A stretch of 64,000 nt of DNA from an uncultured Oscillospiraceae bacterium (GCA_964370605.1 CAYJJX010000009.1:2558-66557), one strand, 5' to 3'; positions 1 to 9,956 are shown, counted from the stretch's first letter. A program made the numbers and translations. Notes: a model not told the origin generated them from the letters alone.

Positions 1-1515
1 AACGGCATGGAGTTTCAGCAGTGCATCTTCGGCGGTTTTCTTCGCATTGCTATAATCGACCACATCGGTCAATGGCTCAATTTTTTGTGCATCGTTGCGT
101 TTTGCCGCACCCACAAAGTCGAGCGTGAAGCTATCACCAATCTTCGGAAGTATTGGTTTCACGCCTGTTTTGCCTTCCACCAATCCGGAAAGTGCTCCTG
201 TTGAATCAACGTCACCGTGATTAAGGAATATAAGAGAGGGGGACGGCGTGAATTCTGAAATCCACTGTACCAAAGCCTTTTGGTCGGCATGTGCCGAGAT
301 GCCGGAGATCTTTGTCACCTTTGCCTTGACCAGCACCGTCTCGCCAAATATATTCACTCGTTTTGCGCCCTCAAGCAGACGTCTGCCGAGCGTGCCTTCC
401 GCCTGATATCCGGCAAAAACTACGCTGTTTTTGGGGTTGTAAAGGTTGTATTTGAGATGATGTTTGATTCGACCTGCATCACACATTCCGGAGGCGGAAA
501 TAATTATGCAGGATCCTTTATAGCTGTTGATCTCTCTCGATTGTGCGGTGGTGACCGACAATGTCAGCTGATCAAAGGTGATAGGATCATCGCCACGGCG
601 CAAAACCGAGCGGGTTTCTTCATCGAAGTAGCTGTCCGCATACTCTTCAAAGAGCTGGGTCGCTTCCACCGCAAGCGGGCTATCGACAAACACCGGACAA
701 CGCTCAAAGCCTTTGAATGCACCTTCATCGTACAGCTCACGAAGATGATATAGAAGTTCCTGTGTGCGCCCTACCGCAAAGGCAGGTATGACCACCTTGC
801 CGCCCCGTGAAAAGGTTTCCTTAACAATGCGGGCAAGCTCTTGCTTTGTGTTGTCAAGCCCCTCATGAATACGAGCGCCATAGGTGCTCTCCATCACCAC
901 ACAGTCGGCGTCGGTGACATGATCGGGGTCGCAAAGCAAGGGGCGGCTGTCGTTGCCGAGATCGCCGGAAAAGACAAGTTTGCGGCGCTTTGACTGCTCA
1001 TCGGTCAGCTCGATAGAAACGATCGACGATCCAAGCAGATGTCCTGCATCATAAAAGGTCAGCGAAACATCGGGCGCAATTTCTGTGGTGGTTCGATAAT
1101 CAACGCTGGAAAACAGCTTCATGGTGTCTTTTACGTGTTGCTCGGTATAAAGCGGCTCTTGCGGTTCTTTTCCGGCACGGATCAACTTTTTGTTTTTCCA
1201 GTTAAGCTCGGTCTGTTGAATGTGTGCCGAGTCCATCAAAAGCAGTTCCGAAAGCCGTCGGGTAGCCGAGGTTGCAAAGATGGTACCGACAAATCCGTTT
1301 TTAATCAACATCGGAATATGACCAGAGTGGTCAATATGGCTATGCGTCAATATTACTGCATCAATTTCCGAGGCATCACAAGGTAATGTCTGCACCAAGT
1401 CATGGTCTCTCCCCTGAAACATGCCGCAGTCGATCAAGAACTTCAGATCGCCGTGTTCGAGCAGTGTGCAGCTTCCGGTAACCATGCCGGCCGCACCGAG
1501 AAATGTCAAATTCAT
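1..1515 (-). CDS. MBL-fold beta-CASP metallo-hydrolase (RNA-processing nuclease-like); C-terminus runs off the window
   Basis: Not in the ORF track because there is no stop in the window. Hand translation from ATG 1513-1515 gives MNLTFLGAAGMVTGSCTLLEHGDLKFLIDCGMFQG...AVILTHSHIDHSGHIPMLIKNGFVGTIFAT, with the HxHxDH motif. The frame stays open to nt 1 (505 codons). Confidence 0.8.
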   Translation of the reverse strand, partial: MNLTFLGAAGMVTGSCTLLEHGDLKFLIDCGMFQGRDHDLVQTLPCDASEIDAVILTHSHIDHSGHIPMLIKNGFVGTIFATSATRRLSELLLMDSAHIQQTELNWKNKKLIRAGKEPQEPLYTEQHVKDTMKLFSSVDYRTTTEIAPDVSLTFYDAGHLLGSSIVSIELTDEQSKRRKLVFSGDLGNDSRPLLCDPDHVTDADCVVMESTYGARIHEGLDNTKQELARIVKETFSRGGKVVIPAFAVGRTQELLYHLRELYDEGAFKGFERCPVFVDSPLAVEATQLFEEYADSYFDEETRSVLRRGDDPITFDQLTLSVTTAQSREINSYKGSCIIISASGMCDAGRIKHHLKYNLYNPKNSVVFAGYQAEGTLGRRLLEGAKRVNIFGETVLVKAKVTKISGISAHADQKALVQWISEFTPSPSLIFLNHGDVDSTGALSGLVEGKTGVKPILPKIGDSFTLDFVGAAKRNDAQKIEPLTDVVDYSNAKKTAEDALLKLHAV

Positions 1516-1536
1516 GTTTGTGTCCCTTTCCAGAAT

Positions 1537-3372
1537 CTATTTCCAACCATAGCTCTCGTCGTCGAGTGTTAGGTGTGGGTTATAATACGGATCGCCGTCA
1601 CGGAAAATGTCGGCATACTTTTCACGCAGCGCACCGAGCTCTCGGTTGAAACGCTCATTATTCTCCCCCTCGGTATCGGTGCCACGGGACAGGCTTTCAT
1701 GATGATAGGCTGTGGCAAATGGGGTCATGACATTCAGATATCCTGCCTGATACAACCGCAAGCAAAAATCGACATCGTTAAAAGCGACTGCAAAATCCAC
1801 CTCGTTTAGACCACTGTTGTCAACATATAATTGTCGCTTTACCATCAGCGCCGCTCCGGTGACCGCCAGCATGTTTTGGGTGGTGCAAAGACGATACATG
1901 TCTCCTCCCGAGCTTGCCGGATGCGCCTTGTGGCTGTGCCCGGCACTGTTATTGATACCGACGAACACACCGGCATGTTGAAGTGTATCGTTGGGATAAA
2001 AAAGTTTTGCGCCCACCGCACCGACCTTGTCCATGCAAGAATAGCAAAGCATCTCACGCAAAAAATCGGGCGATAATATTTCAATATCGTTGTTGAGCAA
2101 CAGCACATGATCTTTGGTTGCGTTTTCTACACCGAGATTACATACCGCGGAAAAGTTGAACTTTCCGTCATATTTTATCACCTTCAAGCGGTCATATTGT
2201 TGTTGTGCGGTATCATAAAACTCAAATATCTCGTGCGACTTTGAGTTGTTCTCCACCACGATGACCTCAAAATCGTCGATGCCTGCATTCGCATAAAGCG
2301 AGTCCAGACAGCGTTTGAGATCGTCTTGGTGCTCATAGTTTGGTATGACTACCGACACACTACCCTCTGCATTTTTGTATCTTGGATAAAACGCACCGGG
2401 GCGCTCCTCTTGCGGCGTGACCTCTGCGCTTTGACCAACACGGTCAAGATGCGCCGAAATGGCACGAGCGCCTGCCGAAATCGCATATGGCTTTGCGCTG
2501 ATGTCGGCGGCGGTAGAGCCGGAGTGCCCTCGCCAAATGTATAGAATCTTTGGAATGTGGTGGATTTTTTGCGCTTTTTCACTCAACCGAAGAATCAGAT
2601 CGTGGTCACCTGCTCCTTCAAACTCCGCGAGCTCGTATCGACCAACTTGGTCAACGAGTTCGCTTTTAAAGACGCAAAGGTGGGTGATATAGTTACAACA
2701 GGTGAGATAATGCGGCGAAAAATCCGGTTTGAAGTGGAACTCCTCCAGCTTTTTCAGATCGCCGGAAAGTATGATTTCGTCGCTGTAAATCATGTCCGCC
2801 GAGGTCTCGTTATACGCCTTTACCACCTCAAACAGCGCATTTTCATACAGCAGATCATCATGGTCAAGCAGTGTGATGAGCTCGCCGCTTGCCGCCTGAA
2901 GCCCGAGTGTCGTGTTCTCCGATATGCCTTTGTTCTCAATCACTTGATAGAGAATTCTATCATCTTTGAATCGGCGAAGAACTTTCTTTGTCGCGCCTGT
3001 ATCTCCTGCATCGACCAGTACCAGTTGCAGATTTTTGTAGCTCTGGTCAAGAACGCTCTTGAGCAGTTGGCGCAAAAACTTTTTCGGTGGATTATAAAGC
3101 GGAACCACCACCGATACAAGCGGCTCATTATCGAAGCGTGCCATGCGCTGCTTTTTCAGCTCCGATTTCAGCGGAAGGTCGGCTCGGTACATCCATATTT
3201 CACCACGCAGTGCCAGCGCAAGTCGAAAGCGAAGCTCACGAATGGTAGCCTCCACTCCACGTGTTTTCAGGCAGTTGACAAAACGCCGCCAATTCTGCGA
3301 CAACCTCTTGAATGAAAGGTTGCGCTTGATGGCGGCGAATACGCTGTCTCGCTGTTGTCCCGAATCTTGCAA
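1537..3372 (-). CDS. Two-domain family-2 glycosyltransferase (cell-wall/O-polysaccharide type)
   Basis: 611 aa with two GT-A modules: VSVVVPLYNPPKKFLRQLLKSVLDQSY...LLDHDD and VSVVIPNYEHQDDLKRCLDSLYAN...IVVENNS. Confidence 0.85.
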   Translation of the reverse strand: MQDSGQQRDSVFAAIKRNLSFKRLSQNWRRFVNCLKTRGVEATIRELRFRLALALRGEIWMYRADLPLKSELKKQRMARFDNEPLVSVVVPLYNPPKKFLRQLLKSVLDQSYKNLQLVLVDAGDTGATKKVLRRFKDDRILYQVIENKGISENTTLGLQAASGELITLLDHDDLLYENALFEVVKAYNETSADMIYSDEIILSGDLKKLEEFHFKPDFSPHYLTCCNYITHLCVFKSELVDQVGRYELAEFEGAGDHDLILRLSEKAQKIHHIPKILYIWRGHSGSTAADISAKPYAISAGARAISAHLDRVGQSAEVTPQEERPGAFYPRYKNAEGSVSVVIPNYEHQDDLKRCLDSLYANAGIDDFEVIVVENNSKSHEIFEFYDTAQQQYDRLKVIKYDGKFNFSAVCNLGVENATKDHVLLLNNDIEILSPDFLREMLCYSCMDKVGAVGAKLFYPNDTLQHAGVFVGINNSAGHSHKAHPASSGGDMYRLCTTQNMLAVTGAALMVKRQLYVDNSGLNEVDFAVAFNDVDFCLRLYQAGYLNVMTPFATAYHHESLSRGTDTEGENNERFNRELGALREKYADIFRDGDPYYNPHLTLDDESYGWK

Positions 3373-3390
3373 TTTGCGGTCCCTTTCCGA

Positions 3391-4152
3391 CTATCGTGTC
3401 GAGTGGCTGTAAACCTCACACACCTCTTGTGTCTCGCCCACCGTGATGATCTTGCCGTTCTTTATCCAGGCGGCGCGGCTACACATGCGTTTAATCTGAT
3501 TTATGTCGTGGCTGACCAAAATGACGGTCGTGCCCTGCTCCAAAAGTGCATTTATCCTCGCCTCGCACTTTTGTGTGAACAAAAAGTCACCGACCGACAA
3601 CACCTCGTCTGAAATGAGGATATCCGGCTCTACAACGGTAGAAATGGCAAAGCCAAGGCGGCTCACCATGCCGGACGAATAGTTCTTGATCGGCACGTCG
3701 ATCATGTCGGCAAGCTCTGAAAACTCCACAATCTCGTCATATTTTTCCTTTAAAAACTGCTCTTTATAACCGAGCACACAGCCGTTGAGGAAGATGTTTT
3801 CCCTGCCGGTCAAATCGGGGTCAAACCCTGTTCCGAGTTCAATGAGCGGTGCAATATTGCCATGAACCTTGACGGTGCCGGTCGTCGGTTTAAACACACC
3901 TGCAATCACCTTGAGCAGGGTACTCTTTCCGCTTCCGTTCAGCCCGACAATGCCAAAGACTTCCCCTTTGTTTATGGTCAAACTTACATCAGACAGTGCA
4001 TAGAACTCGGTGAAGCGAAGTTCCCGTTTTAGCACCTTAATCATATACTCTTTGAAGCTATCCATTTTTTCCCGAGCAAGATTAAACCGCATCGAGACGT
4101 TTGATACCTCGATGATGGGTTGTGGTGTTTTGGGTTGAGTGTTGTTAGACAT
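3391..4152 (-). CDS. Polysaccharide/teichoic-acid export ABC transporter ATP-binding protein (TagH/Wzt-type, no C-terminal carbohydrate-binding domain)
   Basis: Walker A GLNGSGKST, signature YSSGM, Walker B ILISDE. Start trimmed to ATG 4152 (MSNNTQPK), which overlaps the upstream permease stop by 8 nt. Confidence 0.85.
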   Translation of the reverse strand: MSNNTQPKTPQPIIEVSNVSMRFNLAREKMDSFKEYMIKVLKRELRFTEFYALSDVSLTINKGEVFGIVGLNGSGKSTLLKVIAGVFKPTTGTVKVHGNIAPLIELGTGFDPDLTGRENIFLNGCVLGYKEQFLKEKYDEIVEFSELADMIDVPIKNYSSGMVSRLGFAISTVVEPDILISDEVLSVGDFLFTQKCEARINALLEQGTTVILVSHDINQIKRMCSRAAWIKNGKIITVGETQEVCEVYSHSTR

Positions 4153-4942
4153 AGAGTATAAATTTATCCTGTGTTTTTTTGAATAATAGCAGTCCGAAGA
4201 AAAGTGCAACTACCGCCCAGAGTGAGCAGATGCCAAGTTGCAGGAGCGTGGGCGTATTATCATATAAAATAACCTCACGAAAGGTCGTCACATACCAATA
4301 CAGCGGATTGATTTTGATTATCTGCTGCATGTAAGCAGGCAACATCTCGACGGGATAGAAAAGCGGTGTGAGATAGGTAAGTGCCGTGATAAACACGGTG
4401 TAAAAGTGCATGACATCACGGAAAAACACGGTAAGTGCCGCCAAAATCAGTCCACAGCCGAGCTCAAAGACAAACAGCAATATCAGTGGAATTGGGAATA
4501 ACAGGGTGTTGAGGGTGAACGGCTGCCCCGTTGCAATCATCACGATGATAAGCGCGATAAAAGAAAACATCAGATTAACAAAAGAAAAGACAATTTTTTG
4601 AAGCGGGAAGATGTATTTTGGAATATAGACACGCCTTATGAGATAAGACGCCCTGATAATACTGGACATTGAGTTGGTCGTCGACTCATTGAAGTTGTTG
4701 AAAATCAGCTGTCCTGTCAAGATATACACCGGAAAATTCGGAATATCAAATTTAATAAAATAGGAAAAAACAACCGACATCACCACCATCATCATCAACG
4801 GCGACAGAAGGCTCCAAAGGATTCCGAGTACCGAGCGGCGGTATTTCACCTTTATGTCACGCTGAACCAGATGGCTTAGCAGTGGAATATATTTGTTAAA
4901 GACGGAAAAGTACGCCTTCATATTCAATGTACGCAAAAGCAC
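4145..4942 (-). CDS. ABC-2 type polysaccharide export permease (TagG/Wzm-type)
   Basis: 265 aa with about 6 hydrophobic spans. It sits immediately upstream of, and is translationally coupled to, the TagH-like ATPase. Confidence 0.8.
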   Translation of the reverse strand: MLLRTLNMKAYFSVFNKYIPLLSHLVQRDIKVKYRRSVLGILWSLLSPLMMMVVMSVVFSYFIKFDIPNFPVYILTGQLIFNNFNESTTNSMSSIIRASYLIRRVYIPKYIFPLQKIVFSFVNLMFSFIALIIVMIATGQPFTLNTLLFPIPLILLFVFELGCGLILAALTVFFRDVMHFYTVFITALTYLTPLFYPVEMLPAYMQQIIKINPLYWYVTTFREVILYDNTPTLLQLGICSLWAVVALFFGLLLFKKTQDKFILYV

Positions 4943-4951
4943 CTCATAAAA

Positions 4952-5515
4952 TTAAAGTGAGTCATAAAACGAAAAATCTTGTTCGTTTAGTCGTGGCAAA
5001 ACAGAATCTTTTGGGGAGAGGGATGGCTCAAAATCAATTCCCCAGTCGATATTCAGCGAGGGGTCGTTATAGATAATCCCGCCCTCGTCGGATGGATTAT
5101 AAAAATTTGTGCACTTATAGGAAAACTCCGCAACATCGGACAGCACACAAAAACCATGCGCAAACCCCTCCGGTACATAGAACATGACCGCATTTTCAGA
5201 AGAAAGCAAAACGGAAAAATGTTTGCCAAAAGTCGGGCTGTTCGGACGAACATCCACCGCAACGTCCAGCACTTCACCCATCGTCACACGAACAAGTTTG
5301 CCTTGCGGTGCACTCTTTTGAAAGTGCAATCCTCGCAAGACACCTTTAACACTGCGTGAGCAGTTGTCTTGAACAAAATCAGCGTCGATGCCGCCAACTC
5401 GAAACGCTTCACGATGGTAGGTTTCCATAAAAAAGCCCCTCTCATCGCCGTAGCGCTTAGGTTTTATCAGTATTGCACCGCCGAGCGGTGTCGCTTCAAA
5501 GTTGAAATTCCCCAT
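4952..5515 (-). CDS. rfbC: dTDP-4-dehydrorhamnose 3,5-epimerase
   Basis: 187 aa cupin with RmlC-type motifs ERGFFMETY, LRGLHFQ and GKLVRVTMGEVLDVAVDVR. Confidence 0.9.
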   Translation of the reverse strand: MGNFNFEATPLGGAILIKPKRYGDERGFFMETYHREAFRVGGIDADFVQDNCSRSVKGVLRGLHFQKSAPQGKLVRVTMGEVLDVAVDVRPNSPTFGKHFSVLLSSENAVMFYVPEGFAHGFCVLSDVAEFSYKCTNFYNPSDEGGIIYNDPSLNIDWGIDFEPSLSPKDSVLPRLNEQDFSFYDSL

Positions 5516-5553
5516 TATAACATTGCCTCATTCGAGATATTGTGAATTACGAT

Positions 5554-5565
5554 TTATCCGGATAA
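5554..5565. promoter_or_regulatory. Perfect 12-nt palindrome TTATCCGGATAA in the MFS-rfbC intergenic region (possible operator)
   Basis: Read directly. It lies about 40 nt upstream of the rfbC start codon. Confidence 0.3.
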
Positions 5566-5627
5566 CTAACTACTAAATAATAACACAAATTACCGAAAAT
5601 AGCAAGAGTTACAACAAAGTATACCTC

Positions 5628-6854
5628 TTATCCCGCATTCGAAATTTTTCGAGAAATACTAATACCAATTAGCGCAAACGGTAGCAGTACCGCGCCGGAA
5701 ACTATCAGAATTAGCGCGATATTGACCTGTTCACCGCCCAATATAAAACCGTATATCATCTGAGCCAGTGGCTCGAAAAAGCCGGATACGACCATTAAAA
5801 GCGCAAGCACCTTGCCTACCAGATTGTGCGGTGTTGTCTTTTGAATATAAGAGTTGCGCAGAATATAGTTCATCCCGACCGCTACCATCATCAGAAATAC
5901 ACACAGACAAAGAAGTATAAAAGATATCATAATTGAGTCGACCAGCAGTATAGTGCCGCATAGCGCAACAATGAGCACAACGGCAGTCAGTATCACTCCT
6001 GCATTTTTATAGGAAAACCTATGCGGAAACGTAAAGATAATTGCGCCTGCAACAAGCGTTCCACTGCTCAAAACGCCACTTGCTATGCCATAGTATTGTG
6101 ATGGGAGTGCAAAGTGAATATTGACAATATAGGGCAACGCAACCAAAACAACTGCCGCCACTACCCCACATATTCCGGATCCGATGATAAGAAAATGTAG
6201 TAGTGACTTATTGTTTTTTACTATAAACCGTATTGCATCTTTTATCGTAGCCGCTCCACTGTCGGATCGATCCTGCTCCTGCCGCTTCGGAAGATCAATA
6301 AACATCTCGATAACCGCCGAAGCGAAGAACATAGCCGCTGCCGCATAGATTATCACAATAATATCGACTAGACCGTAGAGCAAGCCTGCGCACACCGGAG
6401 CGAAAATGCTGGACAACGAATTTATCTGTGAAATCAGCGAATTCGCCCTTGTCAACTGTTCTTTTTTTACGATGCTGACAATGCTTGATATCACACTGGG
6501 AAAGTACGCAGCGTTCATCGCCGAGAGCAGTACCTTTGCTACGACTATTGCGGCAATGCTAAGATCGCCGCTTGCGGTTCTGAACAAGGTTAGCGCAAAC
6601 ACAAGGATTGCACAGGAAAGGTCCAACACAACCATTATATTGCGTTGGTTGAATTTGTCTGCCAACACTCCCCCGAGCGGAGCACATATCGCCCACGGTA
6701 TGACACTAATAGCGGTCACGGTGCCAAACAGTTCCGGCGAGCCTGTTACAGTCAGAATATATAGGCCGAGCGCAAAATTCAGTGAAGAGTTAACCACCAC
6801 CGAAATGATCTGCCCTACTATCAGCAAAATAAAATTTTTATTGAACAATTTCAT
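5628..6854 (-). CDS. MFS transporter
   Basis: About 12 hydrophobic spans. Start trimmed to ATG 6854 (MKLFNKNFILL), preceded by AAGG. It is divergent from a TetR regulator. Confidence 0.8.
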   Translation of the reverse strand: MKLFNKNFILLIVGQIISVVVNSSLNFALGLYILTVTGSPELFGTVTAISVIPWAICAPLGGVLADKFNQRNIMVVLDLSCAILVFALTLFRTASGDLSIAAIVVAKVLLSAMNAAYFPSVISSIVSIVKKEQLTRANSLISQINSLSSIFAPVCAGLLYGLVDIIVIIYAAAAMFFASAVIEMFIDLPKRQEQDRSDSGAATIKDAIRFIVKNNKSLLHFLIIGSGICGVVAAVVLVALPYIVNIHFALPSQYYGIASGVLSSGTLVAGAIIFTFPHRFSYKNAGVILTAVVLIVALCGTILLVDSIMISFILLCLCVFLMMVAVGMNYILRNSYIQKTTPHNLVGKVLALLMVVSGFFEPLAQMIYGFILGGEQVNIALILIVSGAVLLPFALIGISISRKISNAG

Positions 6855-6986
6855 AACATTTACCTTGTATTCGCTTTCTGATATTAGTATAATACTATCA
6901 AGGATCAAAAACTATAGTTAATTATTGTATATGTGTTAAATAATAGACACTTGACCATAAATTGACCTGTAAAACAAGGAGATGCA

Positions 6987-7538
6987 ATGGCAGACAGACG
7001 AAAAATCCGCAGTGATAGAGAAATTAGGCGAGTTTTTTTAGCATTATTGCAAAAGAAGGGGATCGAGCGTATCACCGTCAAAGAAATCACGGACGGAGCC
7101 GACATCGGCAGATCGACATTCTATCTTCATTATCACGATGTCTACGAGCTATACGAAACAATTGAGCGAGAGACGCTGAATGACCTTTACGTTATCTTTT
7201 GCGATAAAAGGGGCGCAACTGCTCAGGAGGTGATCTTGAACCGCGTCACCGCCAGCATCGACTATATCTATGATAATATCGAACTGATTCGGCTCATTTT
7301 TTCTTCTTACGGATCGTTGCACAAGCTTCAACAGTACTGCGCGAAATATCTGTTCGCCGATTATTACCTAGACAACAAAGAAGCATATGGAATTATTGAA
7401 ACCAATTTTATCGCTTGGGGCGTCGTAGGCGTGCTTGAATCATGGGTTGGCAACGATAGCAAAATCGAAAAAACTCAGCTTGCCGATATCTTAATAAAAA
7501 TACTGACCGGTTTTACTGCGTCGTCGCTCTCCAATTGA
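6987..7538 (+). CDS. TetR/AcrR family transcriptional regulator
   Basis: 183 aa. The N-terminal HTH is ERITVKEITDGADIGRSTFYLHY. It is divergent from the MFS gene. Confidence 0.85.
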   Translation: MADRRKIRSDREIRRVFLALLQKKGIERITVKEITDGADIGRSTFYLHYHDVYELYETIERETLNDLYVIFCDKRGATAQEVILNRVTASIDYIYDNIELIRLIFSSYGSLHKLQQYCAKYLFADYYLDNKEAYGIIETNFIAWGVVGVLESWVGNDSKIEKTQLADILIKILTGFTASSLSN

Positions 7539-7654
7539 GCAAAACATGTTTGACGACACAGGAACAACTTCACAGTTAAAAGGAACACGTATAACGGCAT
7601 GACATTTGACAAAACTTCAGTATGTACCATGAAATCTTACCTGCAATTTCATCT

Positions 7655-7709
7655 CAAAAAAGCAGCGACGCCAACCTGATAGGTCGACATTGCTGCCTTA
7701 TTATTTTTG
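7655..7709. terminator. Bidirectional intrinsic terminator between the TetR and PHP genes
   Basis: Stem AGCAGCGACGCCAACC / GGTCGACATTGCTGC (with G-U pairs), flanked by an A-run (7655-7661) and a T-rich tail (7697-7709). Confidence 0.6.
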
Positions 7710-7710
7710 A

Positions 7711-8529
7711 TTAAAGTGGGTACATTACCGGCTTGCGCTTTTCATAATAAACCGCCTCGGCAAAGCCTATTCTTTTGAGCATCTCGCTTCCTTCGGCAAT
7801 ACCGCTTCCGACCTCTTTGTCCAGATGGGCATCACTGCCAAGAGTAACCAATCGCCCTCCGAGCTCGTGATAAAGTCGGAAAATCGGCTCGTTTGGAAGT
7901 GTGATCCCTATTGGCTGCCTGAGTCCGGAAGTGTTGCACTCCAGTGCCATCTCTTTTTTGATCATCAGACGGAATAGTTCCTCGATGCGATCATAGTATT
8001 TTGTGATGTCGCACTCAACTCCTTCGCGCAAAAAGTAGCGAAGTGGATATGTCAAATGCCCAAGAACATCGCCAAGCTCTTGATTCACCATCACGATAAG
8101 GTCATCAAAATAGCGCCGCATGAGCAATTCGCCCTCTTCAAGAAACCGTTCTCTTTTCAGAAAATAGAAATCGGCGGCATCATATGTGATGTGCTGTGAC
8201 ATTATAATATGGTCATAATCGTGGCGCTGTGCCACCTTTGTGGCGACATCGGGAAAATGCGGCGACTGGCCGAGTTCGGTGCCGACCATTACGCTCACGC
8301 CCGCTTCTTGTGACACCGCCCTGATGGCATGTACCGAATCGACAGAAAAGTCAACCTCTTGCCAAAAATCAGCTTTTTCACTGAATTCGGTATCACAGTG
8401 ATCGGTGAGGCAGATGACCGAAACACCATTTTCCAAGGCCGCACGGCAGAGCATACTCAACTCGGACGATCCGTCGTGGCTTATTATACTGTGGATATGA
8501 GTGTCGGCAACTATTTTTTGTCCCATCAA
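7711..8529 (-). CDS. PHP-family metal-dependent phosphoesterase (HisJ/histidinol-phosphatase family)
   Basis: 272 aa with PHP metal-ligand motifs DTHIHS, CLTDHCD and GSDAH. Confidence 0.75.
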   Translation of the reverse strand: MMGQKIVADTHIHSIISHDGSSELSMLCRAALENGVSVICLTDHCDTEFSEKADFWQEVDFSVDSVHAIRAVSQEAGVSVMVGTELGQSPHFPDVATKVAQRHDYDHIIMSQHITYDAADFYFLKRERFLEEGELLMRRYFDDLIVMVNQELGDVLGHLTYPLRYFLREGVECDITKYYDRIEELFRLMIKKEMALECNTSGLRQPIGITLPNEPIFRLYHELGGRLVTLGSDAHLDKEVGSGIAEGSEMLKRIGFAEAVYYEKRKPVMYPL

Positions 8530-8535
8530 TTTCTC

Positions 8536-9279
8536 CTAGACTTTGCGCAGTTCTTCCAGAGTCACTGCGATATTCGGGCTGGAAAATTCTTTTCTCCATA
8601 TTGTCGGATTCGCCCATTTAACCGCATTCTGAATTATTTTCCGTACGTGTACATTGTGGAAAGCGGAGTTGGTTTCATGGCCGGGTTGAAAATAAAATAT
8701 CTTGCCATACCCTCTTGTCCAGGTGCAACCACTTCGGAAAACCTCGCCAATGTCAAACCACCCTTGAAACACGACCGATTCCGGCTTTGGTATATCGAAA
8801 TATTCACCATAACACTCATCGATTCCAACCTCGAAGTGTGGCGGAATACCGTCAGCAATCGGATGGGTTGGGTCGGTGCAGAAGATGCGTTCATATGTCT
8901 CGTTTCGCCATCTCAGATCACAGGTGGTGCCCATCAGCAGTTTGAACGGTTTGCTGTAATGTCCGGAGTGGAGAACAATCAACCCCATTCCTTTGAGCAC
9001 GCGGTTTTGAACCTTTACGGCGAGCTCGTCTGTCACCTTGGCGTGGGCCGCATGCCCCCACCATATCATAACATCGGTGTCTTCCAGCAATTCATCCGGC
9101 AAACCTTGCTCCGGTTGGTCCAGTGTCGCTGTGCGCACCAGCACCTCATCGCCCATTTCTTTAACTATATCGGCTACGGTGTTGTGCAGGCCATTTGGAT
9201 GGATTTTCCCCATAACGGGTGCTACTTTTTCGTCAAATTCATGAACATTTTCGTTCCATACGGTAACCTTGATCATCAT
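8536..9279 (-). CDS. ThuA-domain protein (trehalose-utilisation-like, class-I amidotransferase-like fold)
   Basis: 247 aa with IKVTVWNEN, MIWWGHAAH, VLHSGHYSKPF and IFYFQPGHE. It lies 6 nt upstream of the PHP gene, so the two probably form an operon. Confidence 0.8.
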   Translation of the reverse strand: MMIKVTVWNENVHEFDEKVAPVMGKIHPNGLHNTVADIVKEMGDEVLVRTATLDQPEQGLPDELLEDTDVMIWWGHAAHAKVTDELAVKVQNRVLKGMGLIVLHSGHYSKPFKLLMGTTCDLRWRNETYERIFCTDPTHPIADGIPPHFEVGIDECYGEYFDIPKPESVVFQGWFDIGEVFRSGCTWTRGYGKIFYFQPGHETNSAFHNVHVRKIIQNAVKWANPTIWRKEFSSPNIAVTLEELRKV

Positions 9280-9323
9280 CCTTCCTTTCTTTTCCTCAAT
9301 TGTTATCTTCTAAAAAAACTTCT

Positions 9324-9370
9324 AAAAAAACAGCCGAACCAAAATCTATCGAAAGATAATGGTTCGACCG
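9324..9370 (-). terminator. Intrinsic terminator downstream of greA
   Basis: On the minus strand, the hairpin CGGTCGAACC...GGTTCGGCTG is followed by TTTTTTT. Confidence 0.6.
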
Positions 9371-9386
9371 ATGAGAATTATTGTTA

Positions 9387-9869
9387 TCAGTGCTTTTGAC
9401 GCGATATTTCCAAAACCTTATAGGTTAATTTTGCGCCACTGGGTACGGTCACTTCAACCTCTTCACCCACCTTTTTTTGCAAAAGGGCACTGCCGACAGG
9501 TGATTCGTCCGAAATGCGACCCTTTGTAGGGTCTGCCTCGAGCGAGCCGACGATATCATAATCATCCTCGTCGCCGTCACTGTCAACAATCTTCACATGA
9601 CAACCAATTGCTACCGTCTCAAAAGTCAGATCCGACTCGTCGATTTCGCTGGCGTTTTTCAGCATGCTTTCCAGTTGGATTATGCGACTTTCAATAAAAC
9701 CTTGTTCATTCTTAGCTTCATCATATTCGCTATTCTCCGACAGGTCACCAAACGATCTCGCTACTTTTATCTTTTCCGCAACTTCTTTGCGCTTGACGGT
9801 ACGCAGATCTTCCAGCTCGTGTTCTAAGGCTATCAATCGTTCATGTGATAGCACAATTTTCTTGCTCAA
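9387..9869 (-). CDS. greA: Transcription elongation factor GreA
   Basis: 160 aa with an N-terminal coiled-coil ([16 protein letters not shown]...) and a C-terminal GreA/B domain. The start is TTG, behind GGGGG. Confidence 0.9.
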   Translation of the reverse strand: MSKKIVLSHERLIALEHELEDLRTVKRKEVAEKIKVARSFGDLSENSEYDEAKNEQGFIESRIIQLESMLKNASEIDESDLTFETVAIGCHVKIVDSDGDEDDYDIVGSLEADPTKGRISDESPVGSALLQKKVGEEVEVTVPSGAKLTYKVLEISRQKH

Positions 9870-9927
9870 TACCGATACCCCCGATTAAATATTTCAGTAT
9901 AACTACTGCTTATAATAACAGTATGTA

Positions 9928-9956
9928 ATTATACTATAAAATATTTGCATTGTCAA
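9928..9956 (-). promoter_or_regulatory. Consensus sigma-A promoter for greA (TTGACA-17-TATAAT)
   Basis: Minus strand reads TTGACAatgcaaatattttatagTATAAT. The -35 box overlaps the glgA stop codon. Confidence 0.65.

Noticed and set aside
8329-9399. 356-aa plus-strand ORF spanning the PHP gene, the ThuA gene and the greA terminator.
   Set aside because: It lies antisense to two genes with clear family motifs. It crosses an intergenic gap and a terminator, has no SD and no recognisable domain. This is a typical shadow ORF caused by codon bias on the opposite strand.
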